Assembly: GCA_965153455.1 (NCBI GenBank) | Contig: OZ234494.1 | Coordinates: 12,648,001 to 12,712,000 of the forward strand | Length of the DNA: 64,000 nucleotides | Origin: Sphagnum compactum | Lineage: Eukaryota | Direction of reading: 5' to 3' | Shown: positions 38,801-52,660 of the stretch, piece by piece | Layout of the letters: each line of letters opens with the position of its first letter | Numbering within the stretch: the stretch's first letter is position 1 | The notes under the pieces: model-generated | The model's input: only the letters and a program-made list of their open reading frames with translations | What the model was told of the DNA's origin: nothing | Databases searched by the model: none | Translations under genes and position numbers: made by a program

Positions 38801-40297
38801 TTTCCAACATGTTTTATGATCTGTCTTTCCTGTCTGCTGCATTTTGACTATAGGGAGCCACAGAGGAAGTATCAGGCTTCAGGATGACTATCTTCTCCCT
38901 TGTCTCGCTGGTCAGTATGTGAGGGTTGGAGTTTCCTGTTCCTTGCAGGTCTTGGCAAGGTCTTCACCTACAGACAAGCATACTTTGGTAAGCATGCTCC
39001 AGGAGATGGGAGAGGTGGTTGCTGCAACTGGGGATGGCACCAATGATGCCCCTGCACTGCATAAAGCTGACATTGGATTGGCTATGGGTATTGCTGGTAC
39101 TGAGGTATACTACTTCCTAATCCTAGGGAATCATATTTCTCTTAGGTGTTAATTGCATATCATCCTTTTGAACCTCCTGCTGAAGTAAAGACTGTTTATA
39201 CCCACTCTGAAAGAACTGTTTGGTTGGAGGCATCAGGTGGCAAAAGAGAGTGCAGATGTGGTGATTTTGGATGACAACTTTTCAACAATAGTGACAGTAG
39301 CCAAGTGGGGCCGCTCAGTGTACACCAACATTCAAAAATTTGTGCAATTCCAACTTACTGTCAACATTGTGGCCCTCGTACTGAATTTCTCCTCTGCCTG
39401 TCTCACAGGTAAGTGCTTTTTGCTTGTTCCCAAGATTTTGAGGAATGACTTGAACTTGATTACAGCAAGAGTTACTGAGTTTTGACTGGGCACAGGGTCG
39501 GCACCTCTCACTGCGGTGCAGCTACTTTGGGTGAATCTCATCATGGATACACTGGGCGCACTGGCGCTGGCAACGGAGCGTCCTTATGATGAGTTGATGA
39601 AGAGAAAACCAGTGGGGCGCAATGCTAACTTCATCAGCAACGTGATGTGGCGTAACATTATTGGGCAAGCAGTATACCAGTTGGCTGTTCTTGCTGTTTT
39701 GCAGTACATGGGAAAGGAGATTCTGCATCTGAATGATGATAATAGAGATGAGTTGTTGAATACCATGATCTTCAATGCTTTCGTTTTCTGCCAGGTGTGT
39801 ATTTCTTTCCTGCTTTCAGATGACTGTCATGGGTCTTGTTCACAGGTTTTCATCTCAATACTGCATGACATGACAGTGTCTTGCGAAAAAATTGTGTTCA
39901 TGTTGACTTTGGGCTGTTGTTTTCAATCATGTGTTGACTCTGACTTGCCAGATATTCATTGCAGGTCTTCAATGAGGTGAATGCACGAGATATGGAGAAG
40001 GTCGATGTGTTCAGCCATGCCTTCAACAATAAGATTTTCTTGTTCATTGTTGGGTTCACTGTAGTATTCCAGTTCATTATGGTCCAGTTTCTGGGGAAGT
40101 TTGCCAACACTGTTCCCTTAACCAAGGAGCAATGGTTGATCACAGTGTCTATTGGATTTGTTAGCTTGCCAATTGCTGCACTTGTTAAATTGATCCCAGT
40201 CCCGGAGAACTTCAAATTGGTTTCTGTCCCAGAGAGCTTTAATTCTGGAGGGGAAGAAGGTGATATACAACAACCTTTACTATCGAATGGTGGGTAG
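35867..40297 (+). CDS. ACA: Autoinhibited P2B-type Ca2+-transporting ATPase (ACA)
   Basis: Seven GT-AG exons stay in frame: 35867 (or ATG 35936)-36082, 36264-36318, 36546-38470, 38949-39104, 39237-39408, 39496-39794 and 39965-40297. Motifs: N-terminal CaM-binding region [34 protein letters not shown], phosphorylation site [29 protein letters not shown] and [17 protein letters not shown]. Confidence 0.97.
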
Positions 40298-43200
40298 CCA
40301 GTTCCAGATGCTTTTGCAGAAGATGTGGGAGGCAGGGTACACAATCTATTGTTGCTAAGTCTTATCTGTTACACCCAACATCCTTTCTTATTGTGAGGCT
40401 TCCTCCCACTTGCTGGAGACAGTCCTAGCTCAAAGTACAGAATTTGCTGCATGACCAGAAGTCTACTATGCCTGCTGGTTCTGGGAGATGAAGGTGACAA
40501 AACAACTCGTTCTTCTAAACCTTGCTGACTTTTATGGGTGGCAAGTACAAGTCTTTGTCTGCGGGTGCGAATTTTTCCATGAACAAATTTATTATTAATG
40601 TATGTAGTGAGCCTGAACTCTTCCTTATCTCAGACATTTGCAGCAAATCACTTTGGGGATGTGACCAACTTCCCAACAGGAATGTTGTACAGAAGTACAT
40701 TAGATGGATGTGCAGACACAATTTTCTCAATGGTGATTTGTCAAAAAAGATTTATTTGCATTAGCTAGAAGGCTGTATGGTGAATGGTAAGGAAGATGAT
40801 GTGTGTCAATTCTATGTATGTTATGAGGTAGAGTCTTCACTTTTACGACCACAAAATTGATTCACATTTTATAACTTAAGAATCAATAGTTTAGGAACAG
40901 TATTGTGAATCATTGTACTCATTTCAAAAGTAGATCTCATAGAATTATATTGTTATTCTTCATTCATTTTAATGATACAGTCCACTGGTGGGGATGTTCT
41001 TACCATTGGAAACAAACACATGATGGACCTTCCCAATATAAAAATTACTTATGTAGCAATTCATCAATTTGCATGTTTTCATGGGCACAAAATTACAGTG
41101 AGCAAAATAACTACCACTAGGCATGAAGACTATGAGATATGGTAGCAAAATAGGCACAAGCCTAACCATTCCAACATTACAGAATGAGTTTAAATAAGGA
41201 CACAAAACTTATCCAAGGAAATACTCAAATGGGTTTCAATTCATAACATTAAGACTTGGGAATGGGGCAAAAAAGATTTTGGTGCATGGTTATGTACTTG
41301 AGACTAATGTTGATTAGATTGAAAGTAATGAGTTGCATACCTTAATATACTAGTTTGGATACACTAAAAATAAATGGTTGCATTACCTCTATTTGTATTT
41401 GTCTGGGGAATAAGGTCATGACGCTTTCAAAAGGGTCATTGTTTAAAGAAACATCATGAACAACTTCTTAGATGTTTATTACAGTGAGAAGTCGAAAATA
41501 ATAGATGAAATTCATTCATTGTGAATAAAAATGCATAATGATGGATCAAAAAATGAATCTTTGTGGACAAATTTTACTCATAAATGAGGCATTATGTTGT
41601 GATGGATGAACTTCATGCATTATAAATGAAAAGTGATCCTTCATGCGTGAAGTTCATCTATGACCGACAAGTTAGGTTATATGAACAAATTTAATTCATG
41701 ATGGATGAACTGTGGATGTTCATGAATGAATTTCACCCATAAATGATGAACTAAGCCACATAAATGTTCAATTGTATGAAATATTCTATTTGTTGTGGTC
41801 AATAATGTATCCATGACACACATGAAATTTCTTGGGGTAAGGTTACATTCATTAGTCAATTTCAATTTGGAGCATATGGCGATGTAAAAGATCTTTTCCT
41901 TATCATGTTAGAATATTGAATGTTTTTTTATTTAAACAATTTCACAAGATATGAAATCATGTGATAATTGACTATTCAAATGTTATTATGAGAAACATGA
42001 AGACAATGATAATATAATGGATTTTGCACCTCCATTGCCTACTACTAATGGCCATATGAACATGATCCCATGCTAATTGATTGGAACATGATTTGAGCCT
42101 TTCATAAAGCAAAAATAACGTAACATCAACATGCAAATAGACTTTGTTACTGTATTGTTGTGGACCCCAACATGTCAATAGTGAATGCTTAAATAAACAC
42201 AACTAACATGTGGCATATGCAACTTTTGATCACCATTTAATGTCCAAAAGATTGATTTTGACATTCGTATATGAATTCATTCATGAACATGCATTCCACA
42301 TTGGATGAAATTTAACCATCATTTTCCGTTTTTACTTAATGGATGAAGTTTGTGAAATCATATTTCATTTTTATTTAATTAATGAAATTCATCCACTATA
42401 ATTCAATTATCGTACAAATACTAGATGAATTTCATCCACTTTTCATATAAATATTTAAGAAGTTGCATAAAAAGGTTCCTTGGATATGAACCTCAATTCA
42501 TAAAAGCTTTTATGACCTAACTCCCCAAAAAACCATAAATAGAAATTATGCAACTCATAACTTTCAATTTAGTCAATAGAAAGTCTAGACTATGACCTTG
42601 TAACATTTTGATCTCTTTCTTTTACCCCATTCCATGTTCTTACTTTTTCATGCAATGAATTAGTTAAATCCCATTATCATCTTCTTTGTGTCCTTGTTGA
42701 GGCATTTTTCTATTTACTGCTGGAATTATTCACATACTTCAATTTTTAATTTGTCATACTCCTCATGCCAATCCAAAGTTCTTATACTCATTTTAATCTC
42801 ATGCCCATGACACTTAAGGACATTTTCATTAACTAGTTTCTATTACTTTATTATTATTTTGATAACATTTCATACCTAGTTTTTGGGAGTATTCTTGCTT
42901 GCATGACAACATGCCATTGGTTGCTTGTAGAATAGTTGTAACCCATATCCCTTGCATGCACACAATTCATTCAATTCCACAAAGTTTCTTGCATGCACAT
43001 GATTTTGCTTGCTCCCATGACACTTCTCCTCCCATTAAAGACCGGACATGTGATTTGTTCACTCTCGCCCCCTTCCCCCCCAATTAGCAACTGCAAAATG
43101 CATGCTTAATAATCCCAACAAAACCAATTATGTCTAATTTTCAGCTTGAATTGCCTAGTTACCAAACACGGTCTCAACATTCCCTCACCTCGACTAATTT

Positions 43201-45149
43201 TGATAATTCAACAACTCTTCGTAGTTACCTAGTCCACAATTTGCAAGTGATATTTTGACATGCTAGAAATATTTTTGAGTGTCTTGAGGCGAGACCTCGG
43301 TGTTGGTCACCTATATATTGAAGTTTATTGATTAAAATCGCAAGATATTTAGAAGGTTGGTCCTTCATGTATAATTGATATAATAAATCTCTAGGCAAGC
43401 CGAAAGTTTGGAATAACATGAATGGACCATATAATTGGATGTATAATGATGAATCCCAACCAAAATTCTTTATTTTTAAAAAAAAAAACACCAATTTAGA
43501 ATGGGAAAGGAATGAACAATAAAAACAACCAAAGTGTGAAACAAAGACAACATCCAAAAATGGAAGCATAGGAACAAAGGCCACAAAAGATAACAGGGAC
43601 CTGTCAAAGGGGGAAAAAAACAACATATGTCTTAAAACTTTCATTTGTCATGTGAAGCAAATAGGACAAGGAAAAGGGTGGGAGACCTAAAAAAGTACCA
43701 AACTTGGAAGAGGCCTGGTTGGCAACAACTTGCTTCAAGATGGAAATGACGTGAACTTTTTGCATAGCCACTAACACCTTCTACCTATAAAATGTCCAAA
43801 AGATTAGGAGTGGATGGCCCATAGTGCAAATTTTTTTCCTAGTAAAATTTCACCATTTTTCAACATAGTAACTAGCAAAAACATTTTAGTGTATTTGATT
43901 AATTTTGTTAAGTTTTGTCAAATTTAATACCCAAAACATGGGAAAAAAACACTAATTTAATGCCTTTGATTAATCATGTCGTGTTAGGATATCAATAAAG
44001 AAGATTGTCCACATGTTAATGTAAACACCCAAATACTTATAGGGCAAGAGTTGGAGAAACATAGCCTTGGGGTGTTGATTACAATAGAACCCATCCTTCT
44101 CTTTAGTTGCTATCATTATAGTCATTCCACAAGAAATGATAGTTCACAAAACTACATTCATTTGAATAGGGTATCTAATTTTTTTGAAGGTGTACCATCT
44201 AGGACAGAGTAAAGGTAGTTTTAGAAGTAGTTGTTGATTATATTTTATATTTTGATTCTTGTACAAATTAATAATAAAGAATTTCATATTTTGAAATAAG
44301 ATACCTTAGACCACCTTATATCTAAAAATATCAATATCATCATTTTGTGTCCATGTTGATATGAAACATGACTAATAAATAATACAAAAAAAAGTAAAAA
44401 ACCATTGATAACATGATAAGATTTTTGGTACACTTCAAAAAAATTAGACCCTAGGATCAACAATGACAACATTAGCCAAAGTGTGGATGCCATGTGAGGA
44501 TAACACTTGTAATATTGACCTATTGACATGAAGATTGGATGGAGGATGACAAAAGAACATATTTTTATTCAAATGAAATATGAAAACTTTCATCTTTCAA
44601 AATGGAAACAAAGGCACTTCAAACAACATCATGGAACATAATATGCTCCCTCCCATAGGAACACGAAAGAAGATGTATGCCAATTAAATTATAGGTTAGT
44701 CACAATGTCCTATGTTAAGCCAAAAACTATAGGATGGGGGAGACCCAACCTAGCACATTGCTAAAAACATATATATATATATATATGAAACCATATGAAA
44801 TGACAAGATGTTTAAGTGCCTCGAAAATTAGGCACCAACACCTATATGGTGCACCTTGATGCATGATCTTAAGCAAGTGTAATAAGGATCAAAAGTCATG
44901 TAAAACATATTGTTAAAAAGGAATGTTTATGCAATTTTTCTAAAATGTTCTCTTGAAGACAATCATCTTCCTTCTCTCAAAACTATTCATAAAAGGAAAG
45001 GTCATGCACCCACTTTAAATGGTTCTAAAATAGAAGTGGACTTGTATTGCCTGTTCCTATAACCTTAAATAAGAATGGGCAATGATCTTGCAAGAATATG
45101 ATGTTAGTGCAATAATCTTAGTGAAAATGAAACTCATCCCATCTCTAGA

Positions 45150-47440
45150 GATGGGGAGAAAGACCTACTAGCAAACTAGGGGGACTTGCAAATACTCCAA
45201 ATAACCCAAATCTAAAAACCTCCCAGAAACTTGGATGAGGGTCAAATGACAATAGGTTAGTTGGCCCACTAGAAACTCAAGAAAAGAAGGGGGGGGGAGG
45301 GAGGGGGGGTAGAATGCATAAGATAAGATGGCCCTTGGACAAAACAGTGAAAGAAAATCCCAAAAGCCACATGGACATCCCATAAGCTCAAAAGTGCTTC
45401 CATGCATTACACATCTTCATCCAAAAGATCCTAAAAGGTGAAGGAAGGAAAGTCAAAAGGTGCACCTAAAACCCTAATGCCATTTGAAGGGGAGAAAAAT
45501 CCAATAAGTGGGGAAAAGCTAGGAGGCAAGTTGACCCAAGTTACACACATGTAATGTTGGACCACTAGCCCCATCAACGTCAATTAAGAAGCATAATGAT
45601 AAAAACCAAGAGGACAATTATGACAAAGGCCAATGATGTGAGTGTCATCCACTACAAAAGGGAATGAACAAGAGGGGAAAAGGTCCATTAAGTTGCACAA
45701 GGCTTGGAAATGAGCAAGGGCAAAAATAAGACTCCTACTTGATTGCCTTAATCTGTGCCAAAGGAACAATGGATAATGAACAAACATCTTATAGGGGAAT
45801 GATGACTAAAGAAGAGTAGGAGGTCTAAAGCATAAAAAAGAACAAACAAAAGGGATGAGCTTAGATAGTTGGCCACCTATTGCATAAAGCTCCTTAAAAA
45901 TACCATGCAAAAGATTGTGTTGAAAACATTCACAACATCTACTTGCAACACCAATTGTTCAATATGCACATCTAAAGCCTTTTGAATATTATGCACCACT
46001 ACGTCAAATTTGCTTCTAATTGCAATGCCAAATTAAATTTTGGGGAATAAATGATCCAAAAATATATCATGAAATTAAAAACACAAAGTTCACCAATTGA
46101 TGTAAGACTTGCCCACTATAATTGGTCAAATGCTTTTGGAAGGCGAGCCAAAACTTATAGCTAAATGGGTGAAAGCATGAACTAAGGAGCTGAGGGCACC
46201 AAGGTTAAAGTTCCTTCAAAGTGGCCTTCTTTTATTTGTTTAAAATGCATCTATCACATTATTTTTCAAATTTCATATTTATTTTAAAACTATATATATA
46301 TCAAGTTTTACATTATAATCAAATGTACAAATGTGCTTTGAACCATGATCACAAATTTGGACCTATAATAGTGATTAAAGATGTTCAAGTATCAAAGCGA
46401 AAAAGGCACATGCAAAAAAAGTTTGAATGGTTTGAACATATGGAACCATTCTTATGAAATATACTAAAGCTCAAAAAAAATTGAAAACATTTGGTGCACA
46501 TTTGATAAGGAAAAATGATTTTTGAGAAAAAATAAAAAACAATTTTCCACATCCTTCTTTTCAATGCTCTAAACATATAAAAGAACTCTTGAAAACATAA
46601 TCAATTTACATGAAAATTTTGTGGTTACGACTTTGAAAGTACAAAACTTTATTCCAATAATTAAACTAATTTTTTAATATATAGTGTTCCCATGCATGGT
46701 GATTTTTTAAAGATATAAAAAACACTTTTTAAACATTTTCCACACCCTCTGTGGCTCCTTATTTCATGTTTTCACCTAAGTAACACTAAGGGCACATACT
46801 ATGCACCCATGCATATCACTTGCACCAACACAAAAAGTCAATGTTCCTAGTTGGACAAAGTTGCTAACTAATTCCTCATGGTTGAATGAATTTTGAAGGT
46901 GTTCAAAAACCATGCCTAACAACCCCTAGTTGAGAGATGAAACATGTGAATGAATGTCAACTTCAAAGAATGGAAGGAGAGGTTCAAATTGATATTGGTT
47001 TGAAATTCCATCAAACAATTTGAGCATAGCAAAAACAAATCTAAGGATGGAAGGCTTATAATGTGTGTGACAATCTTTAATGATGTTGGGGCCAAAACAA
47101 AGGGAATAAGGGATATATTAGTGCGAAATACTTTTGAACACACCCCAATGTTAGATTTTATTCAAGCCAATGAAGTTGGGTTGATGTAGAAAGGAGGGGT
47201 AAAATCTAAAGGTGATGCATTAGTAAAGGGGGGTCAATTTGGAAGGAACATCATAGCAAGGGGCTAGCTAGTATAGAATAAACATATTCAACTTGAAGCA
47301 TTTCCCAATGTTTGAAATAAATCATCACAAGTGCACTATAGTTTTTTTTATGCCTAACCACTCCCCTTGAACAAATAGACAATATTGTAAAACTAGGAAA
47401 AATAGGTCCCATATAGCTATGTCAAAAAGGTTCCAAAAGT
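45150..47440 (-). mobile_element. Heavily decayed RLE-type (CRE-like) non-LTR retroelement RT region
   Basis: Minus-strand remnants include RPIIVG, VVH..LDVH..VLQVDVVNVFN, FALAHFQAL and FPSCSFPFVVDDTHIIG. The copy appears interrupted by an insertion at about 46215-46790. Boundaries are approximate. Confidence 0.6.
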
Positions 47441-47499
47441 TTGAGTCAAAAATTTATGCCAAATCCTACACCAATGTGGAATGTCTTCTTTATGGGTAG

Positions 47500-49540
47500 A
47501 GCTAATAGATAAAAATCATTTGTGTAATCATTTTATCAATTAGGCATGGTAGTTAAGGGTGTTTATGAGACAATGGTCCATGGTAGTCAAGTTGCTTGGG
47601 ATGCCCATCTCAATTGGGAAATGTTTTAAGTAAATGTAGAAAACATCTTTAACACCATTTCATGTAAGGTCATTTCCCAAAAGCTACAAATGAAAGGAGG
47701 CTAATTGTTTTAGCTTTTTATTTTTGTTTGTTCTTTTTATGCCTTATAGTTTCCTTTGTTCTTCAGTGATCACTCCTCGTTAGGAGATTTGTTTGTTCGT
47801 CTATGGGCATGCGTCAATGTAATTCGCTTGTTGCATTTTTTTTTGCATTCATTCATTTTTGTGTGTTTGTGTTGTTCTTCAAACATTTTTCCCTTGTGTG
47901 TTTACCTTTCTTTGCCCAACGACACCCATATCCTCAATCATGCCCATGTTGTTCCCCTTGCCTTTGATTAGTTTGCTTCCTAATTAGCCTCTATGGGGTT
48001 AGCCATTCAACTTCACAAGTGTTCGACTTGGGCCCCTTTTGATTTGCTACTTGGGTTTGCCTTGTTGATAACATTGGGATCATGGGCATCCCTTTTGGCT
48101 TTAGTTTCTTTTTGTCATCCTTTTTGCAAAAGGCTTTTGGGTGAGGATGTTCACCATGCTAATGTGTTCTTGAGGTTAAGGGATGTTCAAGTAGCATTTC
48201 CGATCTTTTTTTGGTGTTTCATTCAGATGTTTTCTTATGTGCTTTATTGATTCCCCCTTTTTTTGTGTTTTCAATGCCAACTTCCCATTTTCGATTCAGC
48301 CATCTTAGGACTTTTCGATAGACTTTTGGGCCCAAGCTCTTTGGAATGCTTTTAGGCTACCCTAATCCATTGGCATGTTTATCTCCCCATTTTTTATCAA
48401 AAGTTAAACCTCATTTCTACAAAGGGCATTATTTTGACAACTTATTTGGGGAATTGGGCTCTAGTTCGTTATCCTTTAGGCCCACTTGAGGTTGACATGA
48501 AAACTTTTTTCCCTAATAATGACAGTGTGTGTACACCTTTTGAATAATTGGTAAAAAATGGAGTAGATTGGCTTCGTGAAAATATTTTAGAAAAGGATTT
48601 CAGAAAGATTGCATGATCATTTTTTTTTAAACATCATCTCTTATTGATTTTCTAATTTGCATCGAACACACTTGAAATCTTGTGCATGGCCAAGTGTGGG
48701 TGCATGGTTATTTGTTTACGAAGTGATCCATTTTTTCCAATTGATTTCAAACATTTTTCCACTACGTTACGCACTTGGTTGGCCTTCCCCCATCCCTTAA
48801 ACCCTTGGTTTGTCATATTGCACTTATGTTTAACTTTTGGACCTCATGGGAATCCACCTTCATTGTTGCACCATGGTGGGGGAGAGGACGAGTTCCCATG
48901 ATATTATGTGAGATGCCTTTGCATCAAGGATGCAAGATTTCATGTTTACATGAACAAACCCACGTTCTTTCACTGCCTACCCTTTAGTCTTCACATTGAT
49001 GGGTTGACATTGTCATCATTGACCTCACTTGAGTATATTTGATTTCATGGGCAACTTTATCTCGTGGGGTTCTTGCAATAGTCACGGCTTAAGCTAAGGA
49101 TGATCTTTATCATAATTGATACCTTGCAAACATGTTTTCCCTTCTAACTATAGAGGTCTTTGGGTATTTGCATCAATAGGTCAACTTTTTCTTCATTGAT
49201 GTGCTAACATGGCATGAAAAAAAAAGGGCACTAGAGACCTTCCTCTTTCAAGTTTGCATTCATTTTACAAACAAAGGGCATTGGTGGCGTTGCAATGAAT
49301 GTAGGTGGCCTCTATTTTAAAGCGTGTTGTTACTGAAGGTGAAAGTTCATTTAAACTAGGCATTCTTTCAAGTGTTCCTCCCCTCTCCTTATGTGATATG
49401 TTTATTGCGACTAAGAGAGTTCAAGACTTGATTTGTTCGAATTCCCCTATAGTTCATCACCATTGGAGGTATCGTTGTTTGCCAAGACTTGGGTCCTTCC
49501 ATCTTGTACCATTTTCTCCCCCTTTGTTGAGTGCTCTGTT
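47500..49540 (+). mobile_element. Heavily decayed RLE-type (CRE-like) non-LTR retroelement, RT to C-terminal endonuclease
   Basis: Plus-strand remnants include ETMVHG..DAHLNW..VNVENIFN, LSLPNDTHIL, FSTTLRTWLAFPHP, HGG and EQTHVL, followed by VDIV. It belongs to the same family as 45150-47440. Boundaries are approximate. Confidence 0.6.
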
Positions 49541-50631
49541 TTAATGATGATTGGTAGGTTTTCACCACTTTGGGCCCTAGTTTGACCCTTTCATTCCCAA
49601 CTTGAGTGTTACCCCAAAGCAAGTGAAATTGGGTATATCATTTAATGAAACTGCACATAAGTTCAAAATAATTTGCAGGACTTTATTTTGACAAGACTTG
49701 ATTTAATGAAGAATATGAGTAGCTGCACAAGTAGTGCAGGTAAACAGAGGTTCCAGTTCCAATTAGTAAAAACCAAACCAGAGTTGGCTTTGTGAGATTA
49801 TTGTAAACTGGAAGAGACACAAAAACAGACCCTAGATGGTTATCAGGGCGGTTCTTAGGATTCATAACCATGATTTTCAAAAAACTCAAAGAGACCTGAT
49901 TCTCTAGTATATAATAGGCCTAATCACAGTTCTCTAAAAAAAATTGAAAAAAAATCTGATATCATGAAATCACCGGTTCTTTCGCACTTGTTTAGTGAAA
50001 ACCACATGTTCTTTGAGATTTTTGAAATAACCAAGATTGACAATTCTTTTGATTTTGATTTTTTTTTGCCCCCCAAAGAACTGAAACTGACAGTTCTTTG
50101 ATTTTGAAATGTTTTTAAAAAACCAGAACGAAACATCCTACGGTTCTTTAAAAATTCAAATACCCACAAAACACTGGTGATTACGGGCTTTAAAAGTTCC
50201 AACCAGGGTTACACGGCGGTTCTCTCGGTTGGTTCCAAAGCAAGAATCGGTGGGTAAGACGGGTCAGGTGTACGTACCCTTGACCAACAGTTTCGTAGAA
50301 AATCAACGAACCATGGACCCCCGGTCTCTGTTCCACGCGTGCCTTTGCATTCCACGCGTGCCTTTGCATTGCATTGCCTGCAGCGCTTGCCACTTGGTCT
50401 ACCTTAAGCGCCATCGCCGTTTTCTGTTGCGCCAAATGCATGTGTGAGAAAGAATCGCTGACGTCTACACCTCTCTCTCTCTCGGCATCTGTGCAATTTT
50501 TCACTTTAAAAAAAAAAAAAGTAACTCAAGGTTGCAAGGTTCAAGCAATCTTGATCACAAGCGTTTATTCGGGAAGCAAAGAGCGCAAGGAAGAGCAGGA
50601 ACACACACCAAGAAAACAAGAAGATATTGAG

Positions 50632-51535
50632 ATGCAGTACCGATTTTTGGCTGCATATCTGCCTTGCTCACGCTCATTGCTCTTGGTAAGTCCTCCGGTT
50701 CGAAAGGCTGTTGTATATTGCTCTGATGCTAGTGTTAATCTGTCCACCAGACTGTCAGCTTGTTCCCAGATCGCGCACACTGCAGTGCATCAAGAGGTAC
50801 TACAAATACGCGGGGCTAATCTGCGGTCGAGGGCTCGGCATCGTCAGTTTTGCGTCGAGTCAAGCTCGACATCAGAGCAGGTTTCTATGGAAGGGGATGG
50901 GATTGAGCACGAGAGCACGGGTTCAGGCGTTGATTTGAAGCAGAGTCAGCAACCCATCAGCAGTAGGTATGGAATTCCGACGAGAAGGTCAGCTTTCATG
51001 TGTAATTAGTCGCTATAGATTGCACCGCGGTTTCGTCTGCGGATTTTCGTCACGTATGTCGAGTGACCATCGTCAATCAGCAAATTGTGCGACATCGGTT
51101 ACGCCTGATGTTGAATACATTATTATGTCCACCAAAGCATTAGTGATGCGATACTATGACTGCCTGGAAGTGACAACGGAGAGTTTTAGAACATGTCTGT
51201 AACGCTTGTGGCCCCTGTGTGCATGTTATGTCTGCAGGGATGATATGGCAGACTCGTATGGAGCGGGATACAGCACGCGGTCGAGTGATGAAGGTTTCGG
51301 TCAGATATACAGCAAGGCTGCGAAGGCTGTAAAAGAGCGGAAGATGGCCAGAGAAAGAGCCGAAGAAGAAGAAGAAGAAGTAGACATCGATCCAAAGGCG
51401 CATCGTGAGTTCGATAGTACACAAGGCAGTCATGTCGCACAGAAGGAAGCGGCAAGGCATAGCGAGCATGCAAACGCTTTTGAGAACGAATCCGCTGCAC
51501 ACGGTCGAAAGGACGCCAAGATTGCAAACGAGTGA
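50632..51535 (+). CDS. Small conserved plant protein of unknown function (about 210 aa), possibly organelle-targeted
   Basis: Exons 50632-50966 and 51238-51535 are joined by a phase-2 GT-AG intron that keeps the frame. The N-terminus is Ser/Arg-rich and transit-peptide-like. The C-terminal blocks MADSYGAGYSTRSSDEGFG and EFDSTQGSHVAQKEAARH resemble a family of uncharacterised plant proteins (from recall, not from a search). Confidence 0.7.
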
Positions 51536-52009
51536 AATAGAGTAAGCAGCAGGTATGAGAACACTTCAAAGCTGCCATTTTCTAGCGCAATTGTAAGATA
51601 GCCGTGTCCTTTTGGAACCTTGAAGGAAACCCGAACGAGGGAGGAGTTGCTGAATAAAGCATTAGTAAACCAAAGAGATGAAAAATCACAAAAAGCTTGG
51701 AGTGTCGTCGGCGTGTACATGCCAGACCCTCCATTTTCTGTTCTACACCAAGTACAAAAGCTGTTATGAGAGTGCTTGGACCTGTGAACATTTGTGAACG
51801 TTTTCTTTGCTACTTGTTACAATTATATAAATTTGGAACAACCTCAAATCAAAATGTTCAGAAGGGATTCATCTAACCAATCAATGTAAAATACTTATAA
51901 AAACACCTCCAAAAAAAAAACCAAACAAAACAAAAAAAGTGGCAATACAATATCTTCATTTCATTACGAGATAAACTTTTTAAATGATGCAACATCTTTA
52001 ATCATACTC

Positions 52010-52660
52010 CATACAAACATTTGTGGACTCATATTCGATAAATTTACAAATGCAAAAGTGTCAAGTATGATCGGCACTGCCATTGCAAATTATAATTCAG
52101 TCATAAATCAAATTTTAATTTAGAATCGTGGTTTTTTTTTGTTGTTGTTTATCTTGCATCTTTTTAATGTTTTTGTCTATTTGTATCTTGTTGTGAACTT
52201 ATTTAATAAATTGGACTTTTGTTAGCATTTTTCCTATCACATCAAGAATATCAAAAATATTAAAGGAACAAAATGACATATAGTGAAATTTATAACATTT
52301 TATCTTTATAAAAAAATGATCATAAAAAAATATTATATTCAAAAATAAAATAAATTCATTGTCACTGGTAGTGTGAAGCAATGCAGAGCCCAAATTTATA
52401 AATGCAAAGTGTCAAGTATTCTTCTTATAGTCCGATCGTGGTGTTAATTGCAATATTAAAACAAAGAATTGAACTCATATTCAATAAAATTTATAAATAC
52501 AAAACGTCAATTATTCTTCTTATAGTACGATAGTGGTCTTAATTACAATTTACTAAAACAAAAGGCTAGACTCATATTCGACAATCTATAAATGCAAAGT
52601 GTCAAGTATTCTTCTTCTAGTATGATTGTGGTGTTAATTGCAATACTAAAACAAAGGGCT
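52010..52660. repeat. Degenerate tandem repeat of about 90-bp units
   Basis: ACTCATATTC..A..AATTTATAAATGCAAAGTGTCAAGTATTCTTC..TAG recurs near 52026, 52391, 52471 and 52569. Confidence 0.75.

Noticed and set aside
36526..40344. Antisense and alternate-frame ORFs over ACA (likewise over copia and POLQ)
   Set aside because: They are shadow ORFs of genuine coding sequence.
50374..50631. Upstream extension of the 211-aa ORF
   Set aside because: It has a non-ATG start and runs through CT repeats and a poly-A run, so it is promoter or 5' UTR-like.
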